A stretch of 63,642 nt of DNA, filler included, from Octopus bimaculoides (taxonomy: Eukaryota): assembly GCF_001194135.2 (NCBI RefSeq). It is 6 parts of 5 records of this genome, joined end to end, with 100 filler letters (N's around TTAATTAATTAA, not from the genome) between each part and the next. Parts side by side here need not be neighbours in the genome. Positions count along the whole stretch, not along the records: positions 21,193 to 31,413 come from NC_068987.1; positions 31,514 to 36,299 come from NC_068996.1; positions 36,400 to 53,706 come from NC_068982.1; 3 more parts are not named here. The stretch is one strand, 5' to 3'. Positions 27,085 through 38,826 of the stretch are shown piece after piece (position 1 is the stretch's first letter; each line of letters opens with the position of its first letter). The notes below the pieces were generated by a model. That model did no database searches. It saw nothing but the letters and a program-made list of their open reading frames with translations, and was not told the DNA's origin. The translations under genes and the position numbers were made by a program.

Positions 27085-27390
27085 GTAGCTAGTATAGCCG
27101 ATTGGCTATAAAGTTCACTTTGCAACTACGGTTTCAGTCTCACTCCGTTATACCTTGGGCACGTTTCATTTTTCTTTTACATCGGAGTAATCTATATATT
27201 CAGTAAAATTTGCTAGATAGAAACTGCATAGAAGCGGGCCTTCATACTACGTAAATACTGATTCTGTTGAGAATTATTAGACACACACGCGTTCGTGGAA
27301 TGCTCAGCAACTGACGTGTTAATTCAGGAGCAGATAATTTAGTTGATAGAGCAACTGAATCTTTGTTACCGAACAGCGACGATTAACTAT
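27085..27390 (+). mobile_element. Degenerate SINE remnants (B-like head, C-like tail)
   Basis: ataccttgggcacgt..gatagaaactgcatagaagc, followed by gtggaatgctcagcaactgacgtgttaatt. Confidence 0.45.
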
Positions 27391-27556
27391 TGTTGAAGTT
27401 ATCTTCTTGCATGTCACGTAAATTAGATTAAAATCACAAAACAACGTTAGATATTTGGGACAAAGTAGTGTACATTGTTCTAAATAAATATCTCGTATTC
27501 TATTTGCTTTTTCTTTCCCCCACTTCTTTGTTCTTTCCTCCTTTCTTCACAGTTCC

Positions 27557-27587
<31 letters not shown>

Positions 27588-28597
27588 NNNNNNNNNNCTC
27601 TCTCTCTCTCTCTCTGTCTCTCTCTCTTTCTCTCTCTCTCTCTCACTCCCTCTCTTCTTCTCTCACTCGATTCGGCCCTTTCTCTCTTTCTATTTCTCGA
27701 TATCTACTATTCAGGATATTGTGACCGGATTAATTATAGCAATGAAATATATTCCTCACTGCAACCTAGTATCCACGTATTAAGACGATTCTCTAGCGAA
27801 ACACTTCTCTTCGACGCTAATCAACATGCAAAGTCATTTCCTTCAGAAATTCAATCATTCATGAACTTACAAGACTATATCCCCAAGCATTTCTAGCATC
27901 TGAAGCTATGCAAATGTAACAGGAATATTACATACTTCTCCCAGAATACTCGACGTTTGTCTCGAATCAAAATAGAATATATGTCGATTATTTAAATAAA
28001 AATATTATTTTGTGGCTTTGTAGAATCTAAATATAAAACTGGAGATTATTCGACAAAAATGAAAACAAAATACCGTAAATACAAGGTTCATCTTTGCAAT
28101 TTGTTTCATACTTTCTTAATTTATTGACTACATTCCTATAATTTTGGAATACCTCGCGGCAAATATAGCCTGCGGTTCTCTGTTGGAAATCCCTAGGTGA
28201 CTTAAGCCATTATTAGAGAGGGAATAATCGACTAGTAAGTAATAGAAACAGCAAACACAGTAGAATAATATCGTAAAAAAGAATTATTCATGCGTATTAC
28301 ATAAGTTACAAGAGACATGGGAAAGCATTTCTATGAAATTGTGGACGATTGTTAGCGAAAGGTGTTGTAAAGCCCCGTGTTTATTTATTAGGCTAGATTC
28401 CTATGAGACGTAATTTCAGGAAGCGCGCAGTTGAAGGCCATACAGTTATCTTCATTAATAAGAAGTTTGCGAAGAAATCTCCATATAAGAGAGAGAGAAT
28501 AGAATAGTTGGCCGTCAGGCTAAAGTGTACGAAGCCTGCCAATATAAATGCAACCATTTGAGAAGGTTTACAGCCTGAAGAATGCGACACACATACA

Positions 28598-28800
28598 CAC
28601 ACAAGGGCATGCTGAAAAGTTACTGGCTTTGGGTTAAAAGAAAATACAGGAGCATCGGTTAATAATGATTTTATTCAACATATTCTCCTCTCAGATTTAC
28701 ACACTTATTGCAGCGGTCCTTCAGTTTTTCTAAGCCCTGCAAAGGAACACGGTATTTTTGGCGTCCAACCAGGCCTTGAGTGATACCCTTACAGCCAGAA
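28598..28800 (-). mobile_element. Mariner 3' end fragment with TIR
   Basis: Minus strand GLEKLKDRCNKCVNLRGEYVE* (mariner C-terminus), then TIR-like aacttttcagcatgcccttg. Confidence 0.8.
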
Positions 28801-29310
28801 AATTTGAATTTGTTGTTTACACTTTTACCGTTTTGGAAATCACCACAGATTTTTCTTATAAGACTGACAAAGATAGCTAAGTTTAACCCTAGGCGTTAAG
28901 AGCCGCTGATGTGGATTAAGATAGTCTATATCAAAATCACAAATCGCGATCCGACAATGTACGCTGAGGACTTAACTCCCTTTGTTAGTCACTTAAGNNN
29001 NNNNNNNNNNNNNNNNNNNNNNNNNNNNNNNNNNNNNNNNNNNNNNNNNNNNNNNNNNNNNNNNNNNNNNNNNNNNNNNNNNNNNNNNNNNNNNNNNNNN
29101 NNNNNNATGTATGTATGTATGTACGTATAACGGGGTTATGAGAGGTATTATTATCTAGAAGACCCAAAGAGGGCATCCCCATCACCGCCCCGCTCCCCCG
29201 ACCACCACCACCACCATCATCATCATACAGACCGTCGTTAAATTCTTGGTTCGACAGTGATACGAGTGAGAAGTTTTCAGGACCTTTATACGAAAGAAGA
29301 TATAGATATA

Positions 29311-29358
29311 GTCTTACAGTTGTTTCTGGGATATTATGGATATCCCTTCATCAGAGAC
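29311..29358 (-). ncRNA. Minimal type I hammerhead-like ribozyme
   Basis: GTCT-CTGATGA-A-GGGATAT-CCATA-ATATCCC-A-GAA-ACAACTGT-A-AGAC; helix I GTCT/AGAC is perfect. Confidence 0.75.
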
Positions 29359-29850
29359 GCTGTGAGATGGTTAAATAGAGGTAAATATTTGAGTTCGAAA
29401 TAAGGAATTATTATGGAAAAGGAGGATATAGTGAATATAGAGGGAAATAAGAGAATGAAAGAAGAAATAAATTATATAATATATCAAGATGTTGTAGCTG
29501 CCGATCCATTATTCGAGGAAAGTGGTGTATAGAAACGATAAAAAGTTTCTTGTACATGGTGTGTAGGTTCCAATAGTAGTTCATGTTGTGTCGTTTCAAA
29601 GTATGGAGCCGTGGATTCTGTGTTACTCATTCGAAAGGGTTTTGTGGGGTGAATGAAAATTTGAGAATGTATAGGTAGTATAATATACACCACTTTCCTC
29701 GAATAATGGAACTGAAACTACAATATCTTTATATATTTTATATTCTATTTCTACTTTCGTTCTCTTATTTCCCTCTATATTCCCTATCTCCTCCTTTTCC
29801 ATAATAATTCCTTAACTCAAATATTTACCTCTATTTAACCATCTCACATT

Positions 29851-29898
29851 GTCTTTGAAGAAGGGATATCCATAATATCCCAGAAACAGCTGTAAGAG
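29851..29898 (+). ncRNA. Minimal hammerhead-like ribozyme (inverted copy)
   Basis: GTCT-TTGAAGA-A-GGGATAT-CCATA-ATATCCC-A-GAA-ACAGCTGT-A-AGAG; C3 changed to T. Confidence 0.65.
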
Positions 29899-29984
29899 TA
29901 TATCAATATATTTTTCCTCGTAAATGTCCTGAACACTCGTCACATTGTTATCTCATTTTGTATGTATATATATATATATATATG

Positions 29985-30428
29985 GTGGTTGTCTACTCCT
30001 TAAACAGAGTTTGACCACCTCCTGCACCTACACCTTAGCCCTTTCATGGCGTCTGATGTGGCTTTTTAAACCAGACAGTGTTTTGAAAAAAACACCCACA
30101 CAGATTGCACCTCTGATTTGCACTACCAATACCTGCAAGTAAGTTCTGCTCATTGTGGATCCTAACATGTCTTTTAAGACCGCCATTGGATTTGCAAACC
30201 CTCTGGCACACACCACATTCAAACGTGTGCACAGACATATAATCAGAATAGCTGGGTGAGGTTTGTTTTCCATGGGTTCGCAGGTGAGATTTGAGGCCAG
30301 CCAAGGACAGACATGGTCTGTCACAGACTGTGCACACAAAAAGGTCCTTGTCATTCACCTTCTCAGTCTTCACCTTTTTCCTTAAATGTCTCTTGAGCCC
30401 TGCTTGCATCATCCTGGCCTCTTCAAAT
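29985..30428 (-). mobile_element. RTE-type LINE 3' end with three C2H2 zinc fingers
   Basis: AFEEAR..LKRHLRK..CTVCDRPCLSLAGLKSHLRTH..CGVCQRVCKSNGGLKRHVRIH..CNLCGCF/KTLSGLKSHIRRH* with one frameshift in a T run; short UTR then (TA)n. Confidence 0.8.
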
Positions 30429-31339
30429 GCTATTTTATACATATATATATATGTATAAAATAGCACAGTACACAAGCAAAATATATGCGACTTGATACGA
30501 GTAAAAATAGTTGGGAATTTCAAAATTCAGATTCGTGAGATTATGTCGTGCATAAATGATCTGAGTACGGTGTAGTATCTCTAAGACATAAGCGAAATCT
30601 ACATATATTTTAAGTGCAAATGTTGAAGTAAATATATATATATATATATATTTAAGCAACAAAGCTATCATATAAATATGGAAACTAAATCAATTATTAG
30701 TTGGAGAATGTAAAATGTGAAATTAAAATCATTCGTTGTTTGTCTTTAGAAAAAAGTAATTCACGTTTCAGCTTCATGTTTATGTTGGGAGATGTTAGAA
30801 TCTATTCGTATTTATGCTGAGTGCGGCACGAAAACCATGATGCTTGGAGCCTCCAATTCTGATACTTAATTTAAAACATATCAACGTCATTGTTAAACGA
30901 AATGCAATGTGTATAAATAAACATGTTTCTCTACTTGAATACAATCCAAATGTCTCCTCTCATATCTTTAAACCAGTTTTCTGTATAGGGAAAAAGCAGA
31001 TTGATTTTACAAATTTGACTTTAAAACCACATAGGCCACATATCGTCAAGAATCGGTCGCGTTAAACAATGATGAAATCAATCGATCTAAGGCAGCTAGA
31101 TTCTTACACAAATCCATTGCTCGACTATTCTCATCTAAACCAAAATCAATTGTGATGTTTAAGTGACATTATAAGACATAGTTTAGCAGCATCATATTTG
31201 GTTCATGTTGAGTAAGGCTAGTAGCATTACGTAATAAGATTGTAAAAGACCAACGTTATTCAAATTAGCAAATGTATTTGTCTACATCGACAGGCGGCAC
31301 TATTGAGGTCTTCAAGTGAGTTCTCTCTTCATCACTTTA

Positions 31340-31413
<74 letters not shown>

Positions 31414-31513
31414 NNNNNNNNNNNNNNNNNNNNNNNNNNNNNNNNNNNNNNNNNNNNTTAATTAATTAANNNNNNNNNNNNNNNNNNNNNNNNNNNNNNN
31501 NNNNNNNNNNNNN
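31414..31513. other. Artificial scaffold linker
   Basis: N44-TTAATTAATTAA-N44. Confidence 0.9.
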
Positions 31514-31721
31514 ATATATATATAGATAGATAGATAGATAGATAAACGACACTGGTACAAACAGTGTAAAATACAAACCCATTTACATGCACACAAGACA
31601 CACATACTACACACACAGACATACACACACACAGATACACAAACGTGCAGATAGAGATGGATACATACACAGATGGACAAAATGGAATAAGCTGGATAAG
31701 ATGAGACGCGTGGTACATAGA

Positions 31722-31764
31722 GTCACTGATGAGGTCACAGAATATGTGACGAAAGAACTTTGAC
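31722..31764 (+). ncRNA. Minimal type I hammerhead-like ribozyme
   Basis: GTCA-CTGATGA-G-GTCAC-AGAATAT-GTGAC-GAA-AGAACT-T-TGAC; helices I and II are perfect. Confidence 0.7.
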
Positions 31765-32304
31765 AGAAATGAAAATTGAAAATAATAAGATATGAAGATC
31801 AAGTGAATAGTGCATGTGTTTAATTGACAAAAAAAAAAGCATGACTGTCCTCAAGGATAACAATATGTATAGTTGTACATTTTCGTATATTCATTAACTT
31901 ATTCATCCGTGAGAGAAAATAAGAAAGAACGATAGTGATTGAATGGAAAGGGAGGGATGCAAGTGTGAAAGAGGAAAGGTTATTGCTTTCCTTCTTTCAA
32001 CGGGTCATGTGAATCCCACCATTCAACATTTAACGAGTCAGGTGGTCAGTATTGGTGTTATTAGAACAAATAAATAAAATAATAAAAAGGAATAAGAAAC
32101 TTATAGAAAACGGAAGAGCGATGGAGATGGAAAGGGAGTTAGGGTTGCTCCTACAAGTTTAACTCCACCACCCCACCACCACTATCAGCAATACCGACAT
32201 ACCGACTCACTCTTTCTCCTAGGTTTTATTTACCTTGATGAGCTACGGCGAAATTCAACAGGTGATGAAACTTGTATTGTACGCTGAGAGAGAGAGAGAG
32301 AGGG

Positions 32305-32367
<63 letters not shown>

Positions 32368-32699
32368 AGCTGAAAGTGATGATGATGGTGTAGGGGAAGG
32401 TGCTGTGGTATTAATGTACTGATGATAATATTTTAGTGAGGTTGATGGTAAGGTAGGAACTGATGTCTTAGAAATGAAGAAGTGAAGGTGAAATGGCAGA
32501 AGAAATCGAAATGATGCTAATGACAATGATGATGGCAGTATTGGTGATGGTTTTGATGACGAGTGATGCGATCGTTGTGTTGTTATTTAGCCTCGAATTA
32601 GTCCTAATCGAGCAGTTCTCTAACATAATTGTGGTCGACCAAACCGTCAAAGATAACAGAAAAATCATCTTCCGGTTAGTTATACCAAGCCAATGTCAA

Positions 32700-34500
32700 G
32701 CTGAAGTCCATACTATACTCACCAACTTGAATTGATGAGCTTTGAGGGTGCCGTGTAACATAAAGTATAGGATGTAGTCTGGATATATTACATTCTCTCC
32801 ACTCTCTAATTTATTTGTACACGTACGTAGATTCTGGTGGTGGCCACAGAAGAAACAAACGAGGCGGGATTGATCTGGATTTGTTTTTGGTAGTATGAAT
32901 CGCAGCACAGTGGAATATAGTATTGATATTACAAATATTTCTATTTGTATGTTTTCTTGAAAGTGTTGTGAGGTTGAGAGGAAAAGAGAGTGTTTAATGC
33001 TCCAGTGTGTTTGCATGTAGCTTAGTCTATGAACTGAGCACCTTGCATGTACAGATAATTATTCAGTTTTACTATTTTTATTTCACTGTGTAAGTAGTCT
33101 GTGTATAACTTGCTATGAATACACGGTGCGTGGTATGATTTCAGAAAGTTTAGGAGCCTAAATAGAGATGTAGATTATGTGAACATTGTTCGAAAATACT
33201 TGTTCGAAAACAATTATTCGAAAAACATCTATTCGAATGAAAAATTGTATCAATAAATTATTCAAAAGGACAAATATACGAAATGTTAATTATTCTAATT
33301 TTTTAAATTTTATTTAAATAAAAATAATAAAATTAAAAATCAAGTACACAAATGATATATATTTCGAATAATTGTTTTCGAACAATTATTTTAATTGTTT
33401 TCGAACAATTATTCTCGAATAATTTTCATGATACGGAGATATGTTATAGTTCATGATCGAACTAATGTATTATCTAAACACTCTTATTGTCCTTTTCTGT
33501 TGTCCAGTATGTAGGAGTATCTGTTGATATTACAAATGTATTGCGTATGTGATATGTTTATGCTATTTGGTGCGATGCTTGATTGTACATGATCTTCTCA
33601 GATGTGGCTTTTAAAAAAGAAAATGTTAAATTTACTTGGTGCTAATTAGCAAGTCATTTATGCACGAGTAATTATAGGTATCGGTGAGTTCAGTGATTTA
33701 TTTTGACCCTAAGATCCATTCTCTTGTGTGGGTGTGTTAGAAACTAATTTTTGGTAAATAACTAAGAAGGATGTTTGCTTTATGTGACAATGTGGATATA
33801 ATATATGAGGTTCTTATTTTGACACGAGTGCAGTATAGCGTTGTTCTTGCTCATTTTGATGCTGCTAACAACTCTTCATGATGGTTTACTGTTAGAGTTA
33901 AAATTTATGTAGGATAAAATTACTTTCTAATTTTCTGTTTCTCTATGCTTTATTTCTATTGTGTGTGCTTTTGATGTGTTTGAGGCTGCTTTTTCATTGA
34001 AGTTTGTCCCTTTCTGATTTGTATTTGATCTTTATACTATGTTCGTTACAACTTTTGAAAACATCTATAACAATTAGATTCGACACGCTTCATTACTGTG
34101 CCCGATTTAGTGGTTACGTTGTTGAATTCTGAAGACCTTGAGTCTGTTCCTTGCTGGAACTCGTCCCCAGCGCATTTCTTACTTTACTTTTTTTTTCGTG
34201 AAGCATTTGAAATCTTTGCTTTTTAAAAATTCTTATGGTGACGATAATTTGTAGGTAGTTCGAGTTTTGTTGCTTGCTGGATATTTATTGTTGCTAGGTG
34301 CATGGCGTAGAAGGTGATATCTGGAGGAGAGCTGTTCTAGATGCATTAGTGATGCGATTTACGTGCCATGGTGTGAATCGTTTAAGAAGTAAATGATTTT
34401 TAGTTAGAATGTTCTTGTGTTATCTTTCGATATCTGCACCATTTTTAAAACAGCGGAGTCGAGCGTATTCTAGCAAAGCCCAATGACTGTGGTTATCAGA
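32700..34500 (-). mobile_element. Possible highly decayed L1/Tx1-like LINE
   Basis: ILPKTN..CFFCGH resembles the zinc-knuckle region; otherwise only compositional bias. Confidence 0.25.
33175..33434. mobile_element. MITE-like element with TTCGAA-rich terminal inverted repeats
   Basis: Left ttgttcgaaaacaattattcgaaa versus right ttcgaataattgttttcgaacaa; imperfect inverted repeats of about 55 bp; AT-rich core. Confidence 0.55.
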
Positions 34501-35917
34501 GTGTAATATTTAGCAGGTTGGTTAATTGGAAACAAAGTTTAAGATAAAAAGATGGTAGTAGAGAAAGATGATAACGACGTCGACAATAACAACGATGATG
34601 ATAATGACGATCATGACGATGATGGTATAGATGGTATTGCATTCTTTACCAAACCTTGCAAAGTAATTTTACCACAAGAAAGAAGAAAATATATTTTATA
34701 CCAGCCCACGTGGCCCAAAGTTTTAAGGATCGTAATTTTGATAAAAGATCTCAACCATGGAGATTGAATTTGTTTAGGTGTCATAAATAATACTCAACCA
34801 GTGAAAGTCTCATAGTTCGGCCTCAAGCCAGCAAATAAACGGTGCTGTGATGGGGTAACGTAAAGGCATCACGTATGCTGTGCCAATGAACGGCAACAGA
34901 CGCTTTGATTACCTAAAATTATTCTAAATGCTTGTAACTTTGTATTATTAATTTCTAGAAAACTACATTTGAACTATATAACTATTAGATAATGGTCAGA
35001 GAAAACTTTGAAAACCTTCCACTGGTTGATAAAAATTTAACAACAAATTATATATATATATATAATATGACAAAAAAAAAGAGAATGAATGAGACCTCGA
35101 TATTATGTAAATAGAGGAATTTATCTATAAATATAATATAGGACAATCAGTTAGTTGTCATAATAAAACTCAGGTGTAGGGGCTGAAGCCTGTTCCGACA
35201 TCTCATTAGTTATTAAAACAAAAACGCTGTGAAGAAAATAAAACCGTTGAATAAAGGGAAGTTACTCCAATAGGTGTGAAGAAAGTAAAACTTAGTTCAT
35301 AGAATCTGCATATGCATACATGTACACACATACACATACACGTACGCACAAACATGTGGATATATATATATATATATATATATAAAAACAAAAGTAAATG
35401 AGTATATGCATATATACGTACAGGTATGTGCATACCGACATCCACCTGTATGTATAGGTGCATATCTGGGTACAGGACATTGCACACAAACGTAGACGAG
35501 AACACACGAGCCACATAGAGAACATTCTACTTCTTCAGCTACNNNNNNNNNNNNNNNNNNNNNNNNNNNNNNNNNNNNNNNNNNNNNNNNNNNNNNNNNN
35601 NNNNNNNNNNNNNNNNNNNNNNNNNNNNNNNNNNNNNNNNNNNNNNNNNNNNNNNNNNNNNNNNNNNNNNNNNNNNNNNNNNNNNNNNNNNNNNNNNNNN
35701 NNNNNNNNNNNNNNNNNNNNNNNNNNNNNNNNNNNNNNNNNNNNNNNNNNNNNNNNNNNNNNNNNNNNNNNNNNNNNNNNNNNNNNNNNNNNNNNNNNNN
35801 NNNNNNNNNNNNNNNNNNNNNNNNNNNNNNNNNNNNNNNNNNNNNNNGAGGGAGGAAGTAGAAGAATGGTGAGCAACGAGAGGAAAAGAGAAAGAGAGGA
35901 AATACGAGGGGGAAAAG

Positions 35918-36031
35918 GAGATACGTAGTAGTAACAGAGGAAGAACAAGAGGGGTAAGGCGAGATACGTAGTAGTACAGAGGAAGAACAAGAGGGGTAAG
36001 GCGAGATACGTAGTAGTACAGAGGAAGAACG
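35918..36031. repeat. About 42-bp minisatellite, roughly 2.7 copies
   Basis: gagatacgtagtagt(a)acagaggaagaacaagaggggtaaggc repeated. Confidence 0.9.
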
Positions 36032-36253
36032 AGGGGGGGGGGAGAAAGGAAAGAGAAAGAGAAAGAGAAAGAGATAGAGTAGCGTCGGAGGATAAGTTTA
36101 CGAACTACATACACATACTCACACACACATGTAAATACATGCATACACGCATACACGCACATACACACGTTTATGTGCACACATTAATGGATTCCTGTAC
36201 AAATCTCTATACGCACATGCACATACATACACGGATATGCAAGACCCCGCATA

Positions 36254-36299
<46 letters not shown>

Positions 36300-36399
36300 N
36301 NNNNNNNNNNNNNNNNNNNNNNNNNNNNNNNNNNNNNNNNNNNTTAATTAATTAANNNNNNNNNNNNNNNNNNNNNNNNNNNNNNNNNNNNNNNNNNNN
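36300..36399. other. Artificial scaffold linker
   Basis: N44-TTAATTAATTAA-N44. Confidence 0.9.
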
Positions 36400-36510
36400 T
36401 TTGAAACCATTTAAAACTTCTATAAGCAACTTTCAGTTTTGTACATAAATCTCTGAAATATTTCTCACTAATGAAGACAAAATTTCCGAAATCCGTCCGT
36501 CATGTAAATG

Positions 36511-36915
36511 TCTTTTATTTTTTGCTTGTTTCGGTCATTCGATTGCGACCATGCTGGGGTACCGCCTCCAAGAGTTTTAGTTGAACGAATCGTCGATCCC
36601 AGTTCTTATTTTTTGAAGTCTGGTTCTCATTCTATCGGCTCTTTTTGCCGAACCACTAAGTTACGAGGACATAAATAAACAAACATCGGTTGTCAAGCGG
36701 TTGTGGGGAACACACACACGCATGCATAACACACACACACATAACACAGAAGTATATGACGAGCTTCTTTCACTTTCCATCTCCCAAATCCACTGTCAAG
36801 GCTTTGGTCAGCCCAGCGCTATAGGAGAAGACACTTGCCCAAGTTACGCAGTGGGACTGGACGTGAATCCATGTGAATGGAAAACAAAATTCTTAGTACA
36901 CAGTCATGTCAACGC
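36511..36915 (-). mobile_element. SINE family B, full length
   Basis: Reverse complement matches the head, ttgggcaagtgtcttc box, internal CA tract and 3' end of 53807-54042. Confidence 0.85.
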
Positions 36916-37644
36916 AAATAGGAAAAACAACAAATAAGGCAAAAATACAAACTAAATTATGAAATTAAACGAACTGACAAATGAAATTATGAAAAATAGA
37001 TAAAGAAAAAGAAATATGTTGCTAGAATAGAAAGCTGTTCTCCTTTGCTGAAAATACAAAACTGACAATGAAAATGAATTTACATTAAGCAGAAAGTTCG
37101 AATTAAAAAACAAAAAAAGAAAGGACTCACATTTTACATTGCAATCGTTATGGGTATTTGTGTCTCGAAGATGGCAGTCTCAAGAATTCAACTGACCGGC
37201 ATGAGTGAGCCACAGGCTCTGTATTGGTCTCACACGTAGAGTTGAAATATTTTTCTGTATTTCATGTATCGTCACACACACACACACACACGCGCGCGCA
37301 CAAGGAGATTATGTCCTTATTAACTACCAAGCCTAAACAAAGTGAAGGAAAAACAGCAAAAACAGCAAAAAAAAAAAAAAAAGTAAGAGCTGTGAAAAGA
37401 ATTATCTCCGCAGCTTCAATGCTGAACTATTTATTCATGTCAACCATTGGAAAGTGCAATCCTGAATAAATACTGGAAAGATGAACAACATCGATGAAGA
37501 ACCCTTAAGGATAACTCTAACAACTATGTAATTCTATCATTTGTTATAAGGAAACAGTCGAGAAAGTGCTGAGCTGGAATAGTTTGGGAAGATTCAAACG
37601 TTATAGTGTCATATTCTTTTCCTCTCAATCTATGTCTTGTACCA

Positions 37645-38018
37645 GAGTGGAGGCGCAATAGCCCAGTGGTTAGGGCAGCGGACTCGCGGTCATAGGATCG
37701 CGGTTTCGATTCCCAGGGCGTTGTGAGTGTTTATTGAGCGAAAACTCCTAAAGTTCCACAAGGCTTCGGCAGGGGATGGTGGCGAACCCTGCTGCACTCT
37801 TTCACCACAACTTTCTCTCACTCTTTCTTCCTGTTTCTGTTGTGCCTGTAATTCAAAGGGTCAGCCTTGTCACACTGTGTCACGCTGAATATCCCCGAGA
37901 ACTACGTTAAGGGTACATGTGTCTGTGGGGTGCTTAGCCACTTGCACGTTAATTTTACGAGCAGGCTGTTCCGTTGATCGGATCAACTGGACGTAAGCGA
38001 CGGAGTGCCACCAACAAC
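37645..38018 (+). mobile_element. tRNA-derived SINE family C with 13-bp TSD
   Basis: A box TAGCCCAGTGG, B box GGTTTCGATTCC, (CAA)n tail; TSD ATGTCTTGTACCA at 37632-37644 and 38019-38031. Confidence 0.92.
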
Positions 38019-38130
38019 ATGTCTTGTACCAAGTTAAAAACAAAAAAAAAAAAACAACATCACAAACTGTCATTGATTATTGTGAGCGATTTACACTGTA
38101 AGTACTTTGTGGATGAAGTCTGCATTAGCA

Positions 38131-38490
38131 GGCGCATGCGTGGCTCGCTTTGCAACTGCGTGGTTAAAAAGCTCGCTTTGTAACTGCGTTGTCTCGGGGT
38201 CCCATTGCGCATACGGGGTCCCATTGCGCATACGGAGTCCCATATGGTAGATCGAAATTGTGCGACTATCTATCTATCTATCTGTGAGTGTCTGGTGTGT
38301 TTGTCCCTCTACGGTTTAATAACCGGTGTTGATTTGTTTACGTTTCAGTATCATAGCGAACCGGCAAAAGAGACCGGTAGAATAAGTATCAGATTAAAAA
38401 GTAGTACAGGTGTCGATTTTTTCGACCTATCCCTTCAAGGTGTTGCCCCAGCACGGCTGCAATGACTGAAACGTGTAAAAGATACGACAA
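38131..38490 (+). mobile_element. SINE family B with internal tandem duplications
   Basis: 3' half matches family B; the head has gctcgctttgYaactgcgt x2 and gggtcccattgcgcatac x2-3. Confidence 0.75.
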
Positions 38491-38770
38491 AAGATTAGTA
38501 GCTGCTAATAAACTTGATCTTTCATAAATGATGAATTATAACTCTTCAGTTAATAAGGTACAAAAGTTGGGTATACTTACATCCATGTTAGCAGTCATTG
38601 ATAGGAAATGCGGGATTTCAAAATGGAGGTTTTTGCCTTGGCTTTGATGTTAGACGAATGTAATAGGGCGGTGATAACTTGTATTTTTGTTGTCACTGGG
38701 ATTAAAAAATGGTTTCAATTAAAACAAGGAAATAGTTCATTGCAAAAGTGAAAGTATGTGTTTGTGTGTG

Positions 38771-38826
<56 letters not shown>

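Larger units (their letters stand above)
29257..29943 (-). mobile_element. 5'-truncated PLE with inverted terminal repeat
   Basis: Arms 29257-29531 and 29684-29943 are inverted copies; the spacer encodes an endonuclease C-terminus-like peptide (PFRMSNTEST..KRHN..YWNLHTMY). Confidence 0.8.

Noticed and set aside
27700-27896. Possible exon after a pyrimidine tract
   Set aside because: The tract is a CT microsatellite, the peptide is unrecognisable and there is no clear donor.
30044-30523. Host C2H2 zinc-finger gene
   Set aside because: Begins with an RTE C-terminal motif, has a frameshift, is 5'-truncated and ends in a microsatellite tail.
36468-36500. CTAATGA..CCGAAA hammerhead-like relic
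   Set aside because: Core mutated and helices not supported; not counted.
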